From assembly GCA_023397505.1 (NCBI GenBank), contig JAEWUC010000001.1, positions 55,519 through 119,518 on the forward strand: a stretch of 64,000 nt of DNA, in the 5' to 3' direction. Positions within the stretch are counted from its first letter, which is position 1. Each line of letters opens with the position of its first letter. This DNA comes from Bacteroidota bacterium (lineage in GTDB: Bacteria; Bacteroidota; Ignavibacteria; Ignavibacteriales; Melioribacteraceae). The position numbers and the translations under genes were made by a program. The notes under the pieces are model-generated. The model was given only the letters and a program-made list of their open reading frames with translations, had not been told where the DNA came from and did no database searches. This document shows, one piece after another, positions 10,268 through 20,671 of this stretch.

Positions 10268-13200
10268 ATGTCAGATTTTATACATATACATAATCATTCG
10301 CATTACAGTTTGCAGGACGGCGCATGCACTGTTGAAGATTTAATTGAAGCTGCAAAAGTAAACAACATGCACGCGGTTGCGCTTACCGATCACGGTGTAA
10401 TGTTCGGCGTTTCGGAGTTTTATAAAAAAGCAAAAAAAGCAGGCGTCAAACCTTTAATCGGTATGGAAGCATACGTCGATTTCGAAAAAAGTAGATTAAT
10501 TAAAGGCGGCGACTCCGACGGATTAAAAAAGAAAACAAAACATTACAATCATCTTCTTCTTCTCGCAAAAAATAAAACCGGCTATCAAAACTTAATGAAG
10601 ATGACATCTATCGGTCACATTGAAGGATTTTATTATCGACCGAGAATTGATCTTGAAATATTAAGAAAGTACAGCGAAGGATTGATCTGCACATCTGCTT
10701 GTCCCGCCGGTCCAATTTCAACACAGCTTGTAAATGATGAATGGAAAAAAGCACGCGACATTGCGATAACTTTAAAAGAAATTTTTGATGAAGATTTTTA
10801 CTTGGAAATTCAAGATCACGGGATGGATGTTGAACAGCCGATACTTTCCGGAATGCCTAAGCTTGCGCAAGAACTTGGAATAAAACTCGTTGCTTCGAAT
10901 GATATTCATTATATAGATAAAGATCACGCAGTTGCACACAACATTCTTATAAACATCGGCGACAAAACAGGAAATGTAGATTATAAGGAATTGCGTTACG
11001 GCACAGATCAGATTTATTTCAAATCCGCCGATGAAATGAAAAAACTTTTCAAAAATTATAAAGGCGCAATTGAAAATACACTTGAGATAGATCAGAAAAT
11101 AAATCTCGATTTAGATTTTACAGGTCATCATTATCCGCAATTTCCTATTCCGCCGGAATCAAAGGCAAAAGATCTCGAAGAATATTTAACGCAGCTTTCA
11201 TATGAAGGGCTCGATAAAAGATTTAAAACAATCACACCGGAAATTGAAGATAGATTCAAGTATGAACTTGATGTAATTAAACAAATGGGTTATGCAGGGT
11301 ATTTTTTAATTGTTCAGGATTTTATAAATGCATCCAAAAAACGGGGAATACCAGTCGGACCAGGCCGCGGAAGTGCTGCTGGAAGTTTGGTAGCTTATGC
11401 TCTCGGTATTACAAATGTTGATCCTTTGAAATACAGTTTATTGTTCGAAAGATTTTTGAATCCCGCAAGAAAATCAATGCCCGATATCGACGTTGACTTT
11501 GCCGACAGTCAACGCGGCGAAGTTATAGAATATGTTAAAGAAAAGTACGGCTCGGAATCTGTCTGCCAGATTATTACTTTTAATCGTCTTTCATCAAAGG
11601 CTGTTTTGCGAGATGTCGCACGCGTTCTAAAAATTCCTATTCCTCAAGTCGATGCAATTACAAAATGGATTCCATCAAAATTCGGAAGAGTATTTACAAT
11701 TGATCAGGCTTTGGATGAAGTACCCGAACTTCAGTGGCTGAAGAAAACAGATGATCCGATGATGACAGAGTTGTTGAAGTATGCGAGAATACTTGAAGGT
11801 ATGAACCGCAATGCTTCCACACATGCTGCAGGTGTTGTAATCGCCCCGGGCGATGTTTCGGATTATGTTCCGCTCGCAATTTACGGCGGCAATACAAAGG
11901 ATATTGTTACTCAATACAACATGAAAGAATTGGAAGATGCGGGGCTTCTTAAAATGGACTTTCTCGGTCTCGATACTCTTTCAATAATTCGCGATACAAT
12001 CGAGCTTGTAAAACAAACCCGCGGCGAAGCAATTGATATTGATACTATTCCCGTTGATGATCCAAAAACATATGATTTGTTTTCAAAAGGGCAAACAACA
12101 GGCGTTTTTCAGTTTGAATCCGCTCCGATGAGGGAATATTTAAAGAAGCTGAAACCTACAAGTATAAATGATCTTTCGGCGATGAACGCATTATACCGTC
12201 CAGGACCGATGGATTTTATTAATGATTTTATTGATCGAAAACACGGAAGAAAAAAAATTGAGTATTTGCATCCCGTACTCGAAGAAATATTAAAAGAAAC
12301 ATACGGTATTATTGTTTACCAGGAACAAGTAATCCAGATTGCTAACAAAGTCGGTGGGATGAGTTTAGCGGAAGCGGATTTGCTGCGCCGCGCAATGGGC
12401 AAAAAAGACCTGAAGGCGATGGCGGAGCAGAAAGAAAAATTTACCGAAGGCGCAGTAAAAAACAATATTGATAAAAAAAGTGCTGTTGAAATTTTTGACG
12501 CCATTGATAAATTTGCGAATTACGGATTTAACAAATCACACTCGGTTGCATATTCTATTGTTGCTTATCAAACCGCATATTTAAAAGCTCATTATCAAGA
12601 AGAAACACTTGCTGCAAATCTTTCCAACAAATACGACAGTACTGATAAAGTTACAATTCTTTTAGAAGACTGCAGAAAACTTGGAGTAAAAGTTCAACAA
12701 CCGGACATAAATAATCCGTCTGTGATGTTCAAGGTTAAAGACAAGAAGATAATTTTTGGAATGGCGGCAATTAAAAACGTTGGCATCCCGGCAGTTGAAG
12801 AAATTCAAAGAGCACATGAAGAACTGGGAAGAGATTTTACAAGTATATATGATTTTTGTGCGCACGTTGACACTCGCCTTGTTAACAAACGCGCTCTCGA
12901 AGGTTTAGTTCTCGCAGGTGCATTCGATAATTTCGGTGGAACAAGAGCGCAGCATTTAGCGGCAGTAGAAGAAGCTTTGAGTATCGGCGGTAAAATTAAA
13001 TCGGCAAAAGAAAATCATAGCGATAGTTTGTTCGGCGGCGGCGATCAGGAATTTCATTTTGAAGAACCGCAACTTCCCGAGGTTCGTCCGTGGGAAGTTA
13101 AAGAACGTTTGGCAAAGGAAAGACAGGTGCTTGGTTTTTATTTAAGCGATCACCCGTTAAGAAAATTTGATACTGAATATAATTCGTTTGCAACTGTACA

Positions 13201-13723
13201 TCTCGGTGAGCCGGCAACTTTTAATTTTAACGATGCTGTTCGAGCGTGCGGTGTTGTAACGGACGTAATGCCAAAGACGGATAAAGCCGGTCGCAAAATG
13301 GCATTCTTCAAACTAGATGACTATTCCGGTTCATGCGATTGTTTAATGTTCTCAAAAGTATTTGCCGAGTACGGGGAATTGATTACAACCGAATCAACAA
13401 TAATGGTAAAAGGAAAACTCGAAAGCAGCGGCGATACTGTTAAACTTCATGTCGATGAGGCAATCCCGCTTTCGGAAGTTCGAGCCAAATTTACTAAAAG
13501 ACTGGGTATTATTATTGATACTGAAAATCATAACGAAGAAACAATTACACAGTTGAAAACTTTATTCGAACAAAACGAAGGTAAATACCCGGTAAATATG
13601 TTGATTCGTGATAATTTAGTTAATAGGGAATTTGCGGTTGATTACAAGGTAAATCTAAACGATGATTTTATCGAACAGATTAAAAAAATATTGGGATATG
13701 ATTCTGTATCATTCTTTAATTAA
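10268..13723 (+). CDS. dnaE: DNA polymerase III subunit alpha
   Basis: PHP domain FIHIHNHSHYSLQDGA. GPGRGSAAGSLVAYALGIT, PDIDVDF, FNKSHSVAYS and a C-terminal OB-fold region. 1151 aa. Confidence 0.97.
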   Translation: MSDFIHIHNHSHYSLQDGACTVEDLIEAAKVNNMHAVALTDHGVMFGVSEFYKKAKKAGVKPLIGMEAYVDFEKSRLIKGGDSDGLKKKTKHYNHLLLLAKNKTGYQNLMKMTSIGHIEGFYYRPRIDLEILRKYSEGLICTSACPAGPISTQLVNDEWKKARDIAITLKEIFDEDFYLEIQDHGMDVEQPILSGMPKLAQELGIKLVASNDIHYIDKDHAVAHNILINIGDKTGNVDYKELRYGTDQIYFKSADEMKKLFKNYKGAIENTLEIDQKINLDLDFTGHHYPQFPIPPESKAKDLEEYLTQLSYEGLDKRFKTITPEIEDRFKYELDVIKQMGYAGYFLIVQDFINASKKRGIPVGPGRGSAAGSLVAYALGITNVDPLKYSLLFERFLNPARKSMPDIDVDFADSQRGEVIEYVKEKYGSESVCQIITFNRLSSKAVLRDVARVLKIPIPQVDAITKWIPSKFGRVFTIDQALDEVPELQWLKKTDDPMMTELLKYARILEGMNRNASTHAAGVVIAPGDVSDYVPLAIYGGNTKDIVTQYNMKELEDAGLLKMDFLGLDTLSIIRDTIELVKQTRGEAIDIDTIPVDDPKTYDLFSKGQTTGVFQFESAPMREYLKKLKPTSINDLSAMNALYRPGPMDFINDFIDRKHGRKKIEYLHPVLEEILKETYGIIVYQEQVIQIANKVGGMSLAEADLLRRAMGKKDLKAMAEQKEKFTEGAVKNNIDKKSAVEIFDAIDKFANYGFNKSHSVAYSIVAYQTAYLKAHYQEETLAANLSNKYDSTDKVTILLEDCRKLGVKVQQPDINNPSVMFKVKDKKIIFGMAAIKNVGIPAVEEIQRAHEELGRDFTSIYDFCAHVDTRLVNKRALEGLVLAGAFDNFGGTRAQHLAAVEEALSIGGKIKSAKENHSDSLFGGGDQEFHFEEPQLPEVRPWEVKERLAKERQVLGFYLSDHPLRKFDTEYNSFATVHLGEPATFNFNDAVRACGVVTDVMPKTDKAGRKMAFFKLDDYSGSCDCLMFSKVFAEYGELITTESTIMVKGKLESSGDTVKLHVDEAIPLSEVRAKFTKRLGIIIDTENHNEETITQLKTLFEQNEGKYPVNMLIRDNLVNREFAVDYKVNLNDDFIEQIKKILGYDSVSFFN

Positions 13724-13724
13724 T

Positions 13725-13749
13725 TTATAAAGATATTCCCTCTTTATAA
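13725..13749 (+). terminator. weak AT-rich hairpin just after dnaE (possible terminator)
   Basis: ttataaaga (13725-13733) pairs perfectly with tctttataa (13741-13749) around a 7-nt loop. Only a short T stretch follows and the stem is all A/T except one pair. Confidence 0.25.
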
Positions 13750-13810
13750 CGTTTGATATAAATTTTGTATTTCTTAAGTTTGTGCCACCTTTCAAATAAG
13801 AGGATTAAAA

Positions 13811-14635
13811 ATGGAAAATAAATGGGCACTGATTTTAGGTGCTTCCAGTGGTTTCGGCGGCGCTTCCGCTGTTGAACTTGCAAAGAACGGTTATAATATT
13901 TTTGGTATTCATTTGGACCGTCAGGCAACGATGCCGATGGTTCACCAAATAATAAAGAAGATAGAAAAGACTGGACAGCAGGCAGTTTTTTTTAATATAA
14001 ATGCTGCCGATCAAATAAAAATAAACGATACACTTGATGAAATAAAAGAAAGATTTACTACAAAAGAACATCCCAAAATTAATGTGCTGATTCATTCGCT
14101 TGCTTTCGGAACGCTTAAACCATACATCTCAAAAAATCCAAATGACAGTGTTACTCCCGCTCAAATGAATATGACGCTTGATGTAATGGCTCATGCTCTT
14201 GTTTATTGGACACAAGGATTATATCAACGGGATTTACTTGCGCATAACGGAAGAATATTTGCATTAACAAGCGCGGGTTCTCAAACTGTAATTCCAAACT
14301 ATGGAGCCGTCTCGGCTGCAAAAGCAGCACTTGAATCTCACATACGCCAGCTTGCCGTTGAACTTGGACCGATGTGTATTGCATGTAATTCAATAATGGC
14401 AGGTGTTACAGACACACCGGCAGGAAGAAAGATACCAAAGTTTGATAAAATGCTTCGCGCGGCTGAAGAAAAAAATCCGCGTGGAAAATTAACTACTCCC
14501 GAGGAAGTTGCAAATGCAATTGTAGCATTGTGCGATGAAAAATGCGGATGGATTTCGGGAAATGTTATTGGTGTTGACGGAGGTGAATATGTAGTAAATT
14601 ATATAGGCGAAAGAACCAACAACTCGCATAAATAA
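13811..14635 (+). CDS. SDR-family oxidoreductase, enoyl-ACP reductase FabL-like
   Basis: ALILGASSGFGGA glycine-rich NAD(P) motif. NYGAVSAAKAALESHIRQLAVELGP closely parallels the FabL active-site segment (NYxxVGxSKAALE..LAVEL). Confidence 0.6.
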   Translation: MENKWALILGASSGFGGASAVELAKNGYNIFGIHLDRQATMPMVHQIIKKIEKTGQQAVFFNINAADQIKINDTLDEIKERFTTKEHPKINVLIHSLAFGTLKPYISKNPNDSVTPAQMNMTLDVMAHALVYWTQGLYQRDLLAHNGRIFALTSAGSQTVIPNYGAVSAAKAALESHIRQLAVELGPMCIACNSIMAGVTDTPAGRKIPKFDKMLRAAEEKNPRGKLTTPEEVANAIVALCDEKCGWISGNVIGVDGGEYVVNYIGERTNNSHK

Positions 14636-14651
14636 CAAACCGGAATAAATT

Positions 14652-15794
14652 ATGAATGAATTTTCCTTTACTGAAGAACAGAAAATGCTTCGCGATATGA
14701 CTCGCGATTTTGTAAACAACGAAATAAAACCTATTGCTTCAAAAATAGATTCGGAAGAAAAAATTCCTGACAATCTAATAAAAAAGCTTGGTGAACTCGG
14801 CTTTCTCGGTGTTTCATTTCCCGAAGAATATGGCGGCGGCGGTTTTGGTGAAGTTGGTTACTGCTTAATGCAGGAAGAAATTGCGCGCGGGTGTATGTCA
14901 ACCGCGACATTTATCGGCGCACATCAATCGATCGGTGCAAATGTAATTAATATTGGCGGAACGGAAGAACAAAAACAAAAATATCTTGTTCCACTCGCTA
15001 AGGGGGAAAAGATAGGCGCATTCTGTTTAACCGAAGCTCAAGCAGGTTCGGATTCTTTTAATGTAAAAACTCGCGCAGAGTTCGACGGAGAGAATTGGAT
15101 TTTAAATGGCGAAAAACTTTGGATTACAAACGGAAGCATTGCAAATATTGTTAGTGTTTTCGCCAGAACTTCTAAAGGATTAACGGCGTTTATTGTTGAA
15201 ACTGATTCACCTGGATTTCAAGCGGGGCCGCCGGAAAAAAAAATGGGAATTAAAGGAAGCACAACAAATCCAATAACTTTCGACAATGTTAAAATTCCGA
15301 AAGAAAATTTAATTGGAACAGACGGACGCGGTTTTATTTTAGCTATGAAGACTCTCGATGCAGGAAGATTAGGACTCGGCGCTGCATGTCTCGGTGCAGC
15401 AAAAGAATTATTGGCACAATCTGCAATTTATGCAAAACAGCGCAAGCAGTTCGATCAAACGATTTCCAATTTCCAGGCCATACAATTTATGCTTGCGGAA
15501 ATGTCAACGTTAATATACGCGATGGAATCTATGGTTTATCGTACTGCTGTTGATTATGATCTGAAAAAAGATGTATCCCGACAATCGGCAACTGTAAAAC
15601 TTTTCTGTTCTGAATCGCTCGATAAAATTGCCGATTTCGCCGTACAAATTCACGGCGGCATGGGTTATTCACGCGAACTTCCAATCGAAAGATATTATAG
15701 AGATTCGCGCATTAATAGAATTTTTGAAGGTACAAACGAAATTCAAAAAGGAATTATTGCCCGCGATGTTTTAAAGAAAAACGGCGCAATGTAA
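14652..15794 (+). CDS. acyl-CoA dehydrogenase
   Basis: FCLTEAQAGSDS, WITNG, and QIHGGMGYSRELPIERYYRDSRINRIFEGTNEIQ with the catalytic Glu region. Confidence 0.9.
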   Translation: MNEFSFTEEQKMLRDMTRDFVNNEIKPIASKIDSEEKIPDNLIKKLGELGFLGVSFPEEYGGGGFGEVGYCLMQEEIARGCMSTATFIGAHQSIGANVINIGGTEEQKQKYLVPLAKGEKIGAFCLTEAQAGSDSFNVKTRAEFDGENWILNGEKLWITNGSIANIVSVFARTSKGLTAFIVETDSPGFQAGPPEKKMGIKGSTTNPITFDNVKIPKENLIGTDGRGFILAMKTLDAGRLGLGAACLGAAKELLAQSAIYAKQRKQFDQTISNFQAIQFMLAEMSTLIYAMESMVYRTAVDYDLKKDVSRQSATVKLFCSESLDKIADFAVQIHGGMGYSRELPIERYYRDSRINRIFEGTNEIQKGIIARDVLKKNGAM

Positions 15795-15828
15795 TTAAGA
15801 AAACAAAATTAAAGGAGCACCAGTTAAT

Positions 15829-16152
15829 ATGAAACCTTTTACATTTACCGATAGCAATTTTGATGCAGAAGCTTTAAAATTCGATAAACCTGTTGTTGTA
15901 GATTTTTGGGCTGAATGGTGCGGACCATGCCGAATGATTGGACCAATCATTGAAGAACTTTCTGAAACGTTTGACGGCAAAGCAAAAGTAGGTAAACTTA
16001 ATGTTGATGAAAATCCTCAAGTAGCAATGAAGTACGGTGTAAGAAGCATTCCTACAGTTTTATTTATTAAAAACGGAGAGGTTGCAGACAAAGTTATCGG
16101 CGCAGTGCAAAAAACTGTATTTGTAGATAAGCTAAATGCCTTGGTAAAATAA
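15829..16152 (+). CDS. trxA: thioredoxin
   Basis: VVVDFWAEWCGPCRMIGP active site, 107 aa, Shine-Dalgarno-like aaaggag upstream. Confidence 0.95.
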   Translation: MKPFTFTDSNFDAEALKFDKPVVVDFWAEWCGPCRMIGPIIEELSETFDGKAKVGKLNVDENPQVAMKYGVRSIPTVLFIKNGEVADKVIGAVQKTVFVDKLNALVK

Positions 16153-16164
16153 AACTTTTTTGAA

Positions 16165-17139
16165 ATGAAGGTAGTTTTTCTTCTATTAGTAACATGTAAC
16201 TTTATTACTGCACAAAATTATCAGTGGGTAAACTATAACAAAGAAAATTCCGGTTTACCCACAAATTCAATCCAGTTTATAACTCAAGATAAAAACGATA
16301 ACTATTGGATCGGAACATACGATGCCGGGCTTGTTTTCTTTGATGGTGAGAACTGGAAAGTATTTAATACTGCAAACTCACAATTGCCGCACAATTCCGT
16401 TAGAACAATAGCTGTTGATAAAACAGAAAATATTTGGGTAGGAACCTACGGCGGAGGTTTAGCAAAATTTTTCAACGGCGAATGGAAAATTTATAATACA
16501 AAAAATTCTTTGTTACCGGATAATTTTATTTATTCAATTGCTGTTGATTCTGCCAATAATTTGTGGATCGGCACTAGTTACATGGGACTTGTAAAATTCG
16601 ACGGAGAGAAGTTTCACATATTTAACAAATCAAATTCTATTATTCCGATTGATAAAATCACAAGCGTTTTTATTGACAAACAAGAAATACTTTGGATAGG
16701 CACCCCTGAAGAAACTGTGTGTTTTAAGAACGGAATTTTTTTGAAATCCTCCGAACTCGATACTTTTTTTTGCGATACAGGTATATATCAGATTTCAGGT
16801 GATTATAAAAACAGGATTTTATTTGCTTACAAATTTGGTGGTCTCGGAATTTTTGATGGCGAAAAATATTTTTCCTTTACGCCAAAGAATTCTAAAATTC
16901 CGTTTTCAGGTTTTTATTCAGTTGCCTCAGATAGTAATGGAATAATATGGTTAGCTTCGTTTGGAAATGGAGTAGTATGCTATAATGGCAAAGATTGGAT
17001 ACAATTCAGGAAAAGTAATTATAAGCTTATGGACGATTTAGTGTTTTATGTTTATGTTGATAAACAGAACAATAAATGGTTTGGCACCTATTTCTCCGGG
17101 GTATTTATTTATAATAATGAAGGCGTAAGGTTGAAATAA
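16165..17139 (+). CDS. secreted beta-propeller protein made of two-component-regulator propeller (Reg_prop) repeats, no kinase or output domain
   Basis: Signal peptide MKVVFLLLVTCNFITAQ. At least six repeats of the pattern N.WIGT...GL..FDG..W..FN..NS.LP.N. Confidence 0.7.
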   Translation: MKVVFLLLVTCNFITAQNYQWVNYNKENSGLPTNSIQFITQDKNDNYWIGTYDAGLVFFDGENWKVFNTANSQLPHNSVRTIAVDKTENIWVGTYGGGLAKFFNGEWKIYNTKNSLLPDNFIYSIAVDSANNLWIGTSYMGLVKFDGEKFHIFNKSNSIIPIDKITSVFIDKQEILWIGTPEETVCFKNGIFLKSSELDTFFCDTGIYQISGDYKNRILFAYKFGGLGIFDGEKYFSFTPKNSKIPFSGFYSVASDSNGIIWLASFGNGVVCYNGKDWIQFRKSNYKLMDDLVFYVYVDKQNNKWFGTYFSGVFIYNNEGVRLK

Positions 17140-17628
17140 ATTAAATTATTTTGTTTTATTTGCCGTTTTGACTTATTTTTGTAAACATAAAAAGGAAAGA
17201 GTTGGAAATTAATAATCTTCCAGCTATCCCATTTAAGAGTAGGTAATAATTTTGGATTCTTAAAACAGGCTACTACTTTAAATCCTTGACAAAGAAGAAT
17301 TCTGATAGTATTTTCAGATGAAAATAAATGAAATTTCTATGATTTCTCGTAGAAAATGCATAAATGTTTTTTGAAGGGCTTTAGAAAACTTTTTGTTCTG
17401 TTAATACAGTTCAATTTTTTCTTGTGCATTAAGACTACATAAATCATTAGAAGTTCCGCAGTTTGAAGGGCAAAAAATCAGTACTGTTTTATTTTTCAAA
17501 TAATTTACTCTTAGGTAATTAATACTAATATTCAAACAGATAGAAGGAGGAAGTTATTGAAATTGCTTTACAAGTTTTCATTTCAACAAACCCTTTCTTA
17601 ATTAACTCAACAAATTAAGGAGTAAGAT

Positions 17629-20600
17629 ATGCATCGAAAGATTTTTTACTTTTTGCTAATTCTATCTTTGTTTCCTGCATTACTTGAAGCGGGAACAAGA
17701 GGTAGAATAAAAGGAAAAGTTGTCGATTTGCAGACAGGCGACGCACTAATTGGTGCCAACGTAATTGTTATGGGCACAAGTTCAGGAGCGGCAACAGACG
17801 CAAATGGTGATTTCCTTTTGCAAAACCTTGAAGCCGGCGTTTATACTGTTCGCGCTTCATACCTTGGTTATCAAACAATAACCATTTCTAATGTTCGTGT
17901 TAATGCAGACTTAACCGCGTATATAGACTTCGAACTTCCAAGTGAAGATATACAGGTTGGTACTGTAGAAATTGTTGCACAAAAACCTCTTATCCAGAAA
18001 GACAATACAAACGCTGTTAGAATTACAACCTCGGAAGATATTGATGCTCTTCCAGTAAGAGGTATTAATAATATTATTTCATTAACTGCCGGCGTTATTT
18101 ATGATAACGATAACATCTATATTAGAGGCGGTAGAAATGACGAAGTTGGATATTACCTCGAAGGCGTTTCAATAAGAAACCCGCTTAGCGGCGGTAGAGG
18201 CGTTAGCATTGCTCAAGATGCTATCGAAGAAATTCAAGTTCAATCAGGTGGATACACTGCTGAATTTGGAAATGCTAACTCAGGTATTATCAGACAGTCA
18301 TTCAAATCTGGCGGTGCTCAACTAAAAGCAAGCTTAGAATATATTACTGATAATTTATCATTCAAGAGTAAAGAAGATGCTTTTGACGGCAAAAAAACTC
18401 TTGGTGCCTACCAATGGGGTTATAATGAAATCAGTGGTGTTTTAAGCGGTCCACTTTTCGATCAAAGCATAAAATTCTTTGCTAACGTTAACTATCAATA
18501 TTATAGAGACCCTGATGCAAACTTTTATTCCGGTTTGAACATGGGCGTTTACGGCGATCCGGTTACAGGTGATACTGTTAATCTTGTTATGCCTGCCGGT
18601 CCAAGAAGAAAAAATCAAGAACAAAGCTACATCTTTACCGGTACTTTGAATATCGATTTAAAACCGGTTCTCTTAAGAATTTCCGGTAACTATACAATGA
18701 ATCAAGAAGATGCTATTAGAGCTTCTTCCAATAACGATTATATTCAAAACATGCTTAACAACAGAGTTGGTCTTACCGAAAGAAATAACGGTACAGTTAG
18801 TTTGAAAATGACTCATGTGTTAAGTTCTACAATGTTTTATGAATTAAGCGCAGGTTATTACTTCCAACAAGGCGAAACATTTGACAGATATTTAGCAAAA
18901 GATCCTTGGTTATACGGTGATAGCGTTGCCAACGCCGATGCCGGTTTTACTTTTTCAAGACCTGCACCGGATCAAAGATTGGATAACTATGGCCGTTACA
19001 AAGTTCCTCAGCCATACAAAATTATGATTTGGGATTTCTATCAAGACGGTTCTGTTCCTGTATCTTATTCTAAAACCAATTATGATGGTCTAAGCTTTAA
19101 CGGAAACTTATCTGTTCTTCTTGGAAAATATCATTCATTGAAAATAGGCGGTGAGTACCAGACTTATGCTCTAAGCCAATGGAGTACTCCTTTTGCTGCT
19201 TCAAGAAATCTTGCAAACCTTCTTGATACATATATGAGCGATCCGTCTAAAGCAGGTATATCTAAAGAACAAGCAAAACAAGATGTTCTAGTTAATTACG
19301 GCGTTAACAATTACGGTTATGACGTTCTTGGCAATGAATATACAGGCGACGGCTTCTACGCTCCTCGTAAACCGGTTTTTGCTTCTGCATACATTCAAGA
19401 TAAAATTGAATATGAGGACCTTATCATTAATGCAGGTTTAAGATTCGATTATATCGATACTGATAACATGCAGCTTATTGATCCAACAGATCCTTCAAAA
19501 GGTATAAATAAAAATACAAAAGCATTAATTCCTGAAGGTTGGGAAAAGGTTCCTACTTTCAGTTCTATCAGCCCGAGATTAGGTTTCTCATTCCCGGTTA
19601 CTGATAAAACAGTATTCCATGCACAGTACGGAAAATTTATTCAGCAACCTGCTCTTAACGATTCTTACTGGGGATATAATACATACGCTTACATGTTGAT
19701 TCAAGGTAACTTTTTCGGAAACAGTTTCACCGGTCCGAATTTGAGACCTACACGTACAACAAACTATGAAATCGGTTTCAACCAACAATTAACTGACTAC
19801 TTAGCTTTCGACGTTACCGGTTACTACCGCGATGTTAAAGATCAAGTAGTTTTTATTGCACAACAAGCTGATGAGCGCCAAGGATTCCAAGATTATTATA
19901 TTAAAGCAAACGGAGATTTCGCAACTACAAAGGGTATTGAATTAACCCTTACAATGCGCAGATATCAACGTTTGGCTTTGAACGGTTCCATTTCGTTCCA
20001 AGATGCACGCGGTACCGGTTCTTTCCCCGGTTCAAACCGTGGTATTGTTGGTTCACCGCTCGTTCCTGGTCAACCATATGTTCCAAAATATATCTCTCCT
20101 CTTGATTTCAATAGAGATCTTACAGCTAACTTAAATATTGATTACCGTTTCGGCGAAAACGACGGACCTGCATTCTTAAATAATTTCGGCGTTTCAGTAT
20201 TGTTGAAATATGAAGCAGGCAGACCTTTTACAAGAGGCCAAGGCGATCCTGATCAAATTGGTGATTCTCAGCCTAACTCTGGTGATGCTCGTTTCAGAAC
20301 AGCTATCGAACCTTTAAATGCTTCTCTTATGCCTTCAACATTCCAGGTTGATTTAAGAATCGAAAAATCATTCAACATATTCGACAGATTATCGGCAAAC
20401 GTTTACGTGTTTGTAATTAATTTGTTTGATACAAAGAATGTTAACAACGTATTCTTAGCAACAGGTTCTGCCGATGATAACGGTTACGTCACAAATCCTA
20501 CATACATTGCCGATAAACAAAAATTGTATGGTGGCGATTCGTTTGCCGATTTATATAGAGCTATGAATATTACAAATGCAGACTTTTTATATGATGCGCC

Positions 20601-20637
20601 ACGACAGATCAGATTCGGTATTAGGTTAGAATATTAA
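17629..20637 (+). CDS. TonB-dependent outer-membrane receptor with N-terminal carboxypeptidase-regulatory-like domain
   Basis: Signal peptide, then GRIKGKVVD..TGDALIGANV......TDANGDF.L.NL..G.Y....SYLGYQ (CarboxypepD_reg). Plug motifs (IYIRGGR, IEEIQVQSGGYTAEFGNA). Long barrel ending ...RQIRFGIRLEY. Strong aaggag RBS. Confidence 0.85.
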   Translation: MHRKIFYFLLILSLFPALLEAGTRGRIKGKVVDLQTGDALIGANVIVMGTSSGAATDANGDFLLQNLEAGVYTVRASYLGYQTITISNVRVNADLTAYIDFELPSEDIQVGTVEIVAQKPLIQKDNTNAVRITTSEDIDALPVRGINNIISLTAGVIYDNDNIYIRGGRNDEVGYYLEGVSIRNPLSGGRGVSIAQDAIEEIQVQSGGYTAEFGNANSGIIRQSFKSGGAQLKASLEYITDNLSFKSKEDAFDGKKTLGAYQWGYNEISGVLSGPLFDQSIKFFANVNYQYYRDPDANFYSGLNMGVYGDPVTGDTVNLVMPAGPRRKNQEQSYIFTGTLNIDLKPVLLRISGNYTMNQEDAIRASSNNDYIQNMLNNRVGLTERNNGTVSLKMTHVLSSTMFYELSAGYYFQQGETFDRYLAKDPWLYGDSVANADAGFTFSRPAPDQRLDNYGRYKVPQPYKIMIWDFYQDGSVPVSYSKTNYDGLSFNGNLSVLLGKYHSLKIGGEYQTYALSQWSTPFAASRNLANLLDTYMSDPSKAGISKEQAKQDVLVNYGVNNYGYDVLGNEYTGDGFYAPRKPVFASAYIQDKIEYEDLIINAGLRFDYIDTDNMQLIDPTDPSKGINKNTKALIPEGWEKVPTFSSISPRLGFSFPVTDKTVFHAQYGKFIQQPALNDSYWGYNTYAYMLIQGNFFGNSFTGPNLRPTRTTNYEIGFNQQLTDYLAFDVTGYYRDVKDQVVFIAQQADERQGFQDYYIKANGDFATTKGIELTLTMRRYQRLALNGSISFQDARGTGSFPGSNRGIVGSPLVPGQPYVPKYISPLDFNRDLTANLNIDYRFGENDGPAFLNNFGVSVLLKYEAGRPFTRGQGDPDQIGDSQPNSGDARFRTAIEPLNASLMPSTFQVDLRIEKSFNIFDRLSANVYVFVINLFDTKNVNNVFLATGSADDNGYVTNPTYIADKQKLYGGDSFADLYRAMNITNADFLYDAPRQIRFGIRLEY

Positions 20638-20671
20638 TGAATCCAAAAAGATTAAATAGGAGAAATAGAAA

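Noticed and set aside
17140-17628. Cobalamin or TPP riboswitch upstream of the TonB-dependent receptor
   Set aside because: I found no B12-box-like GCCACTG core and no CTGAGA/ACCTGA TPP elements. The region is too AT-rich for the conserved GC-rich cores. It needs an Infernal scan to be certain.
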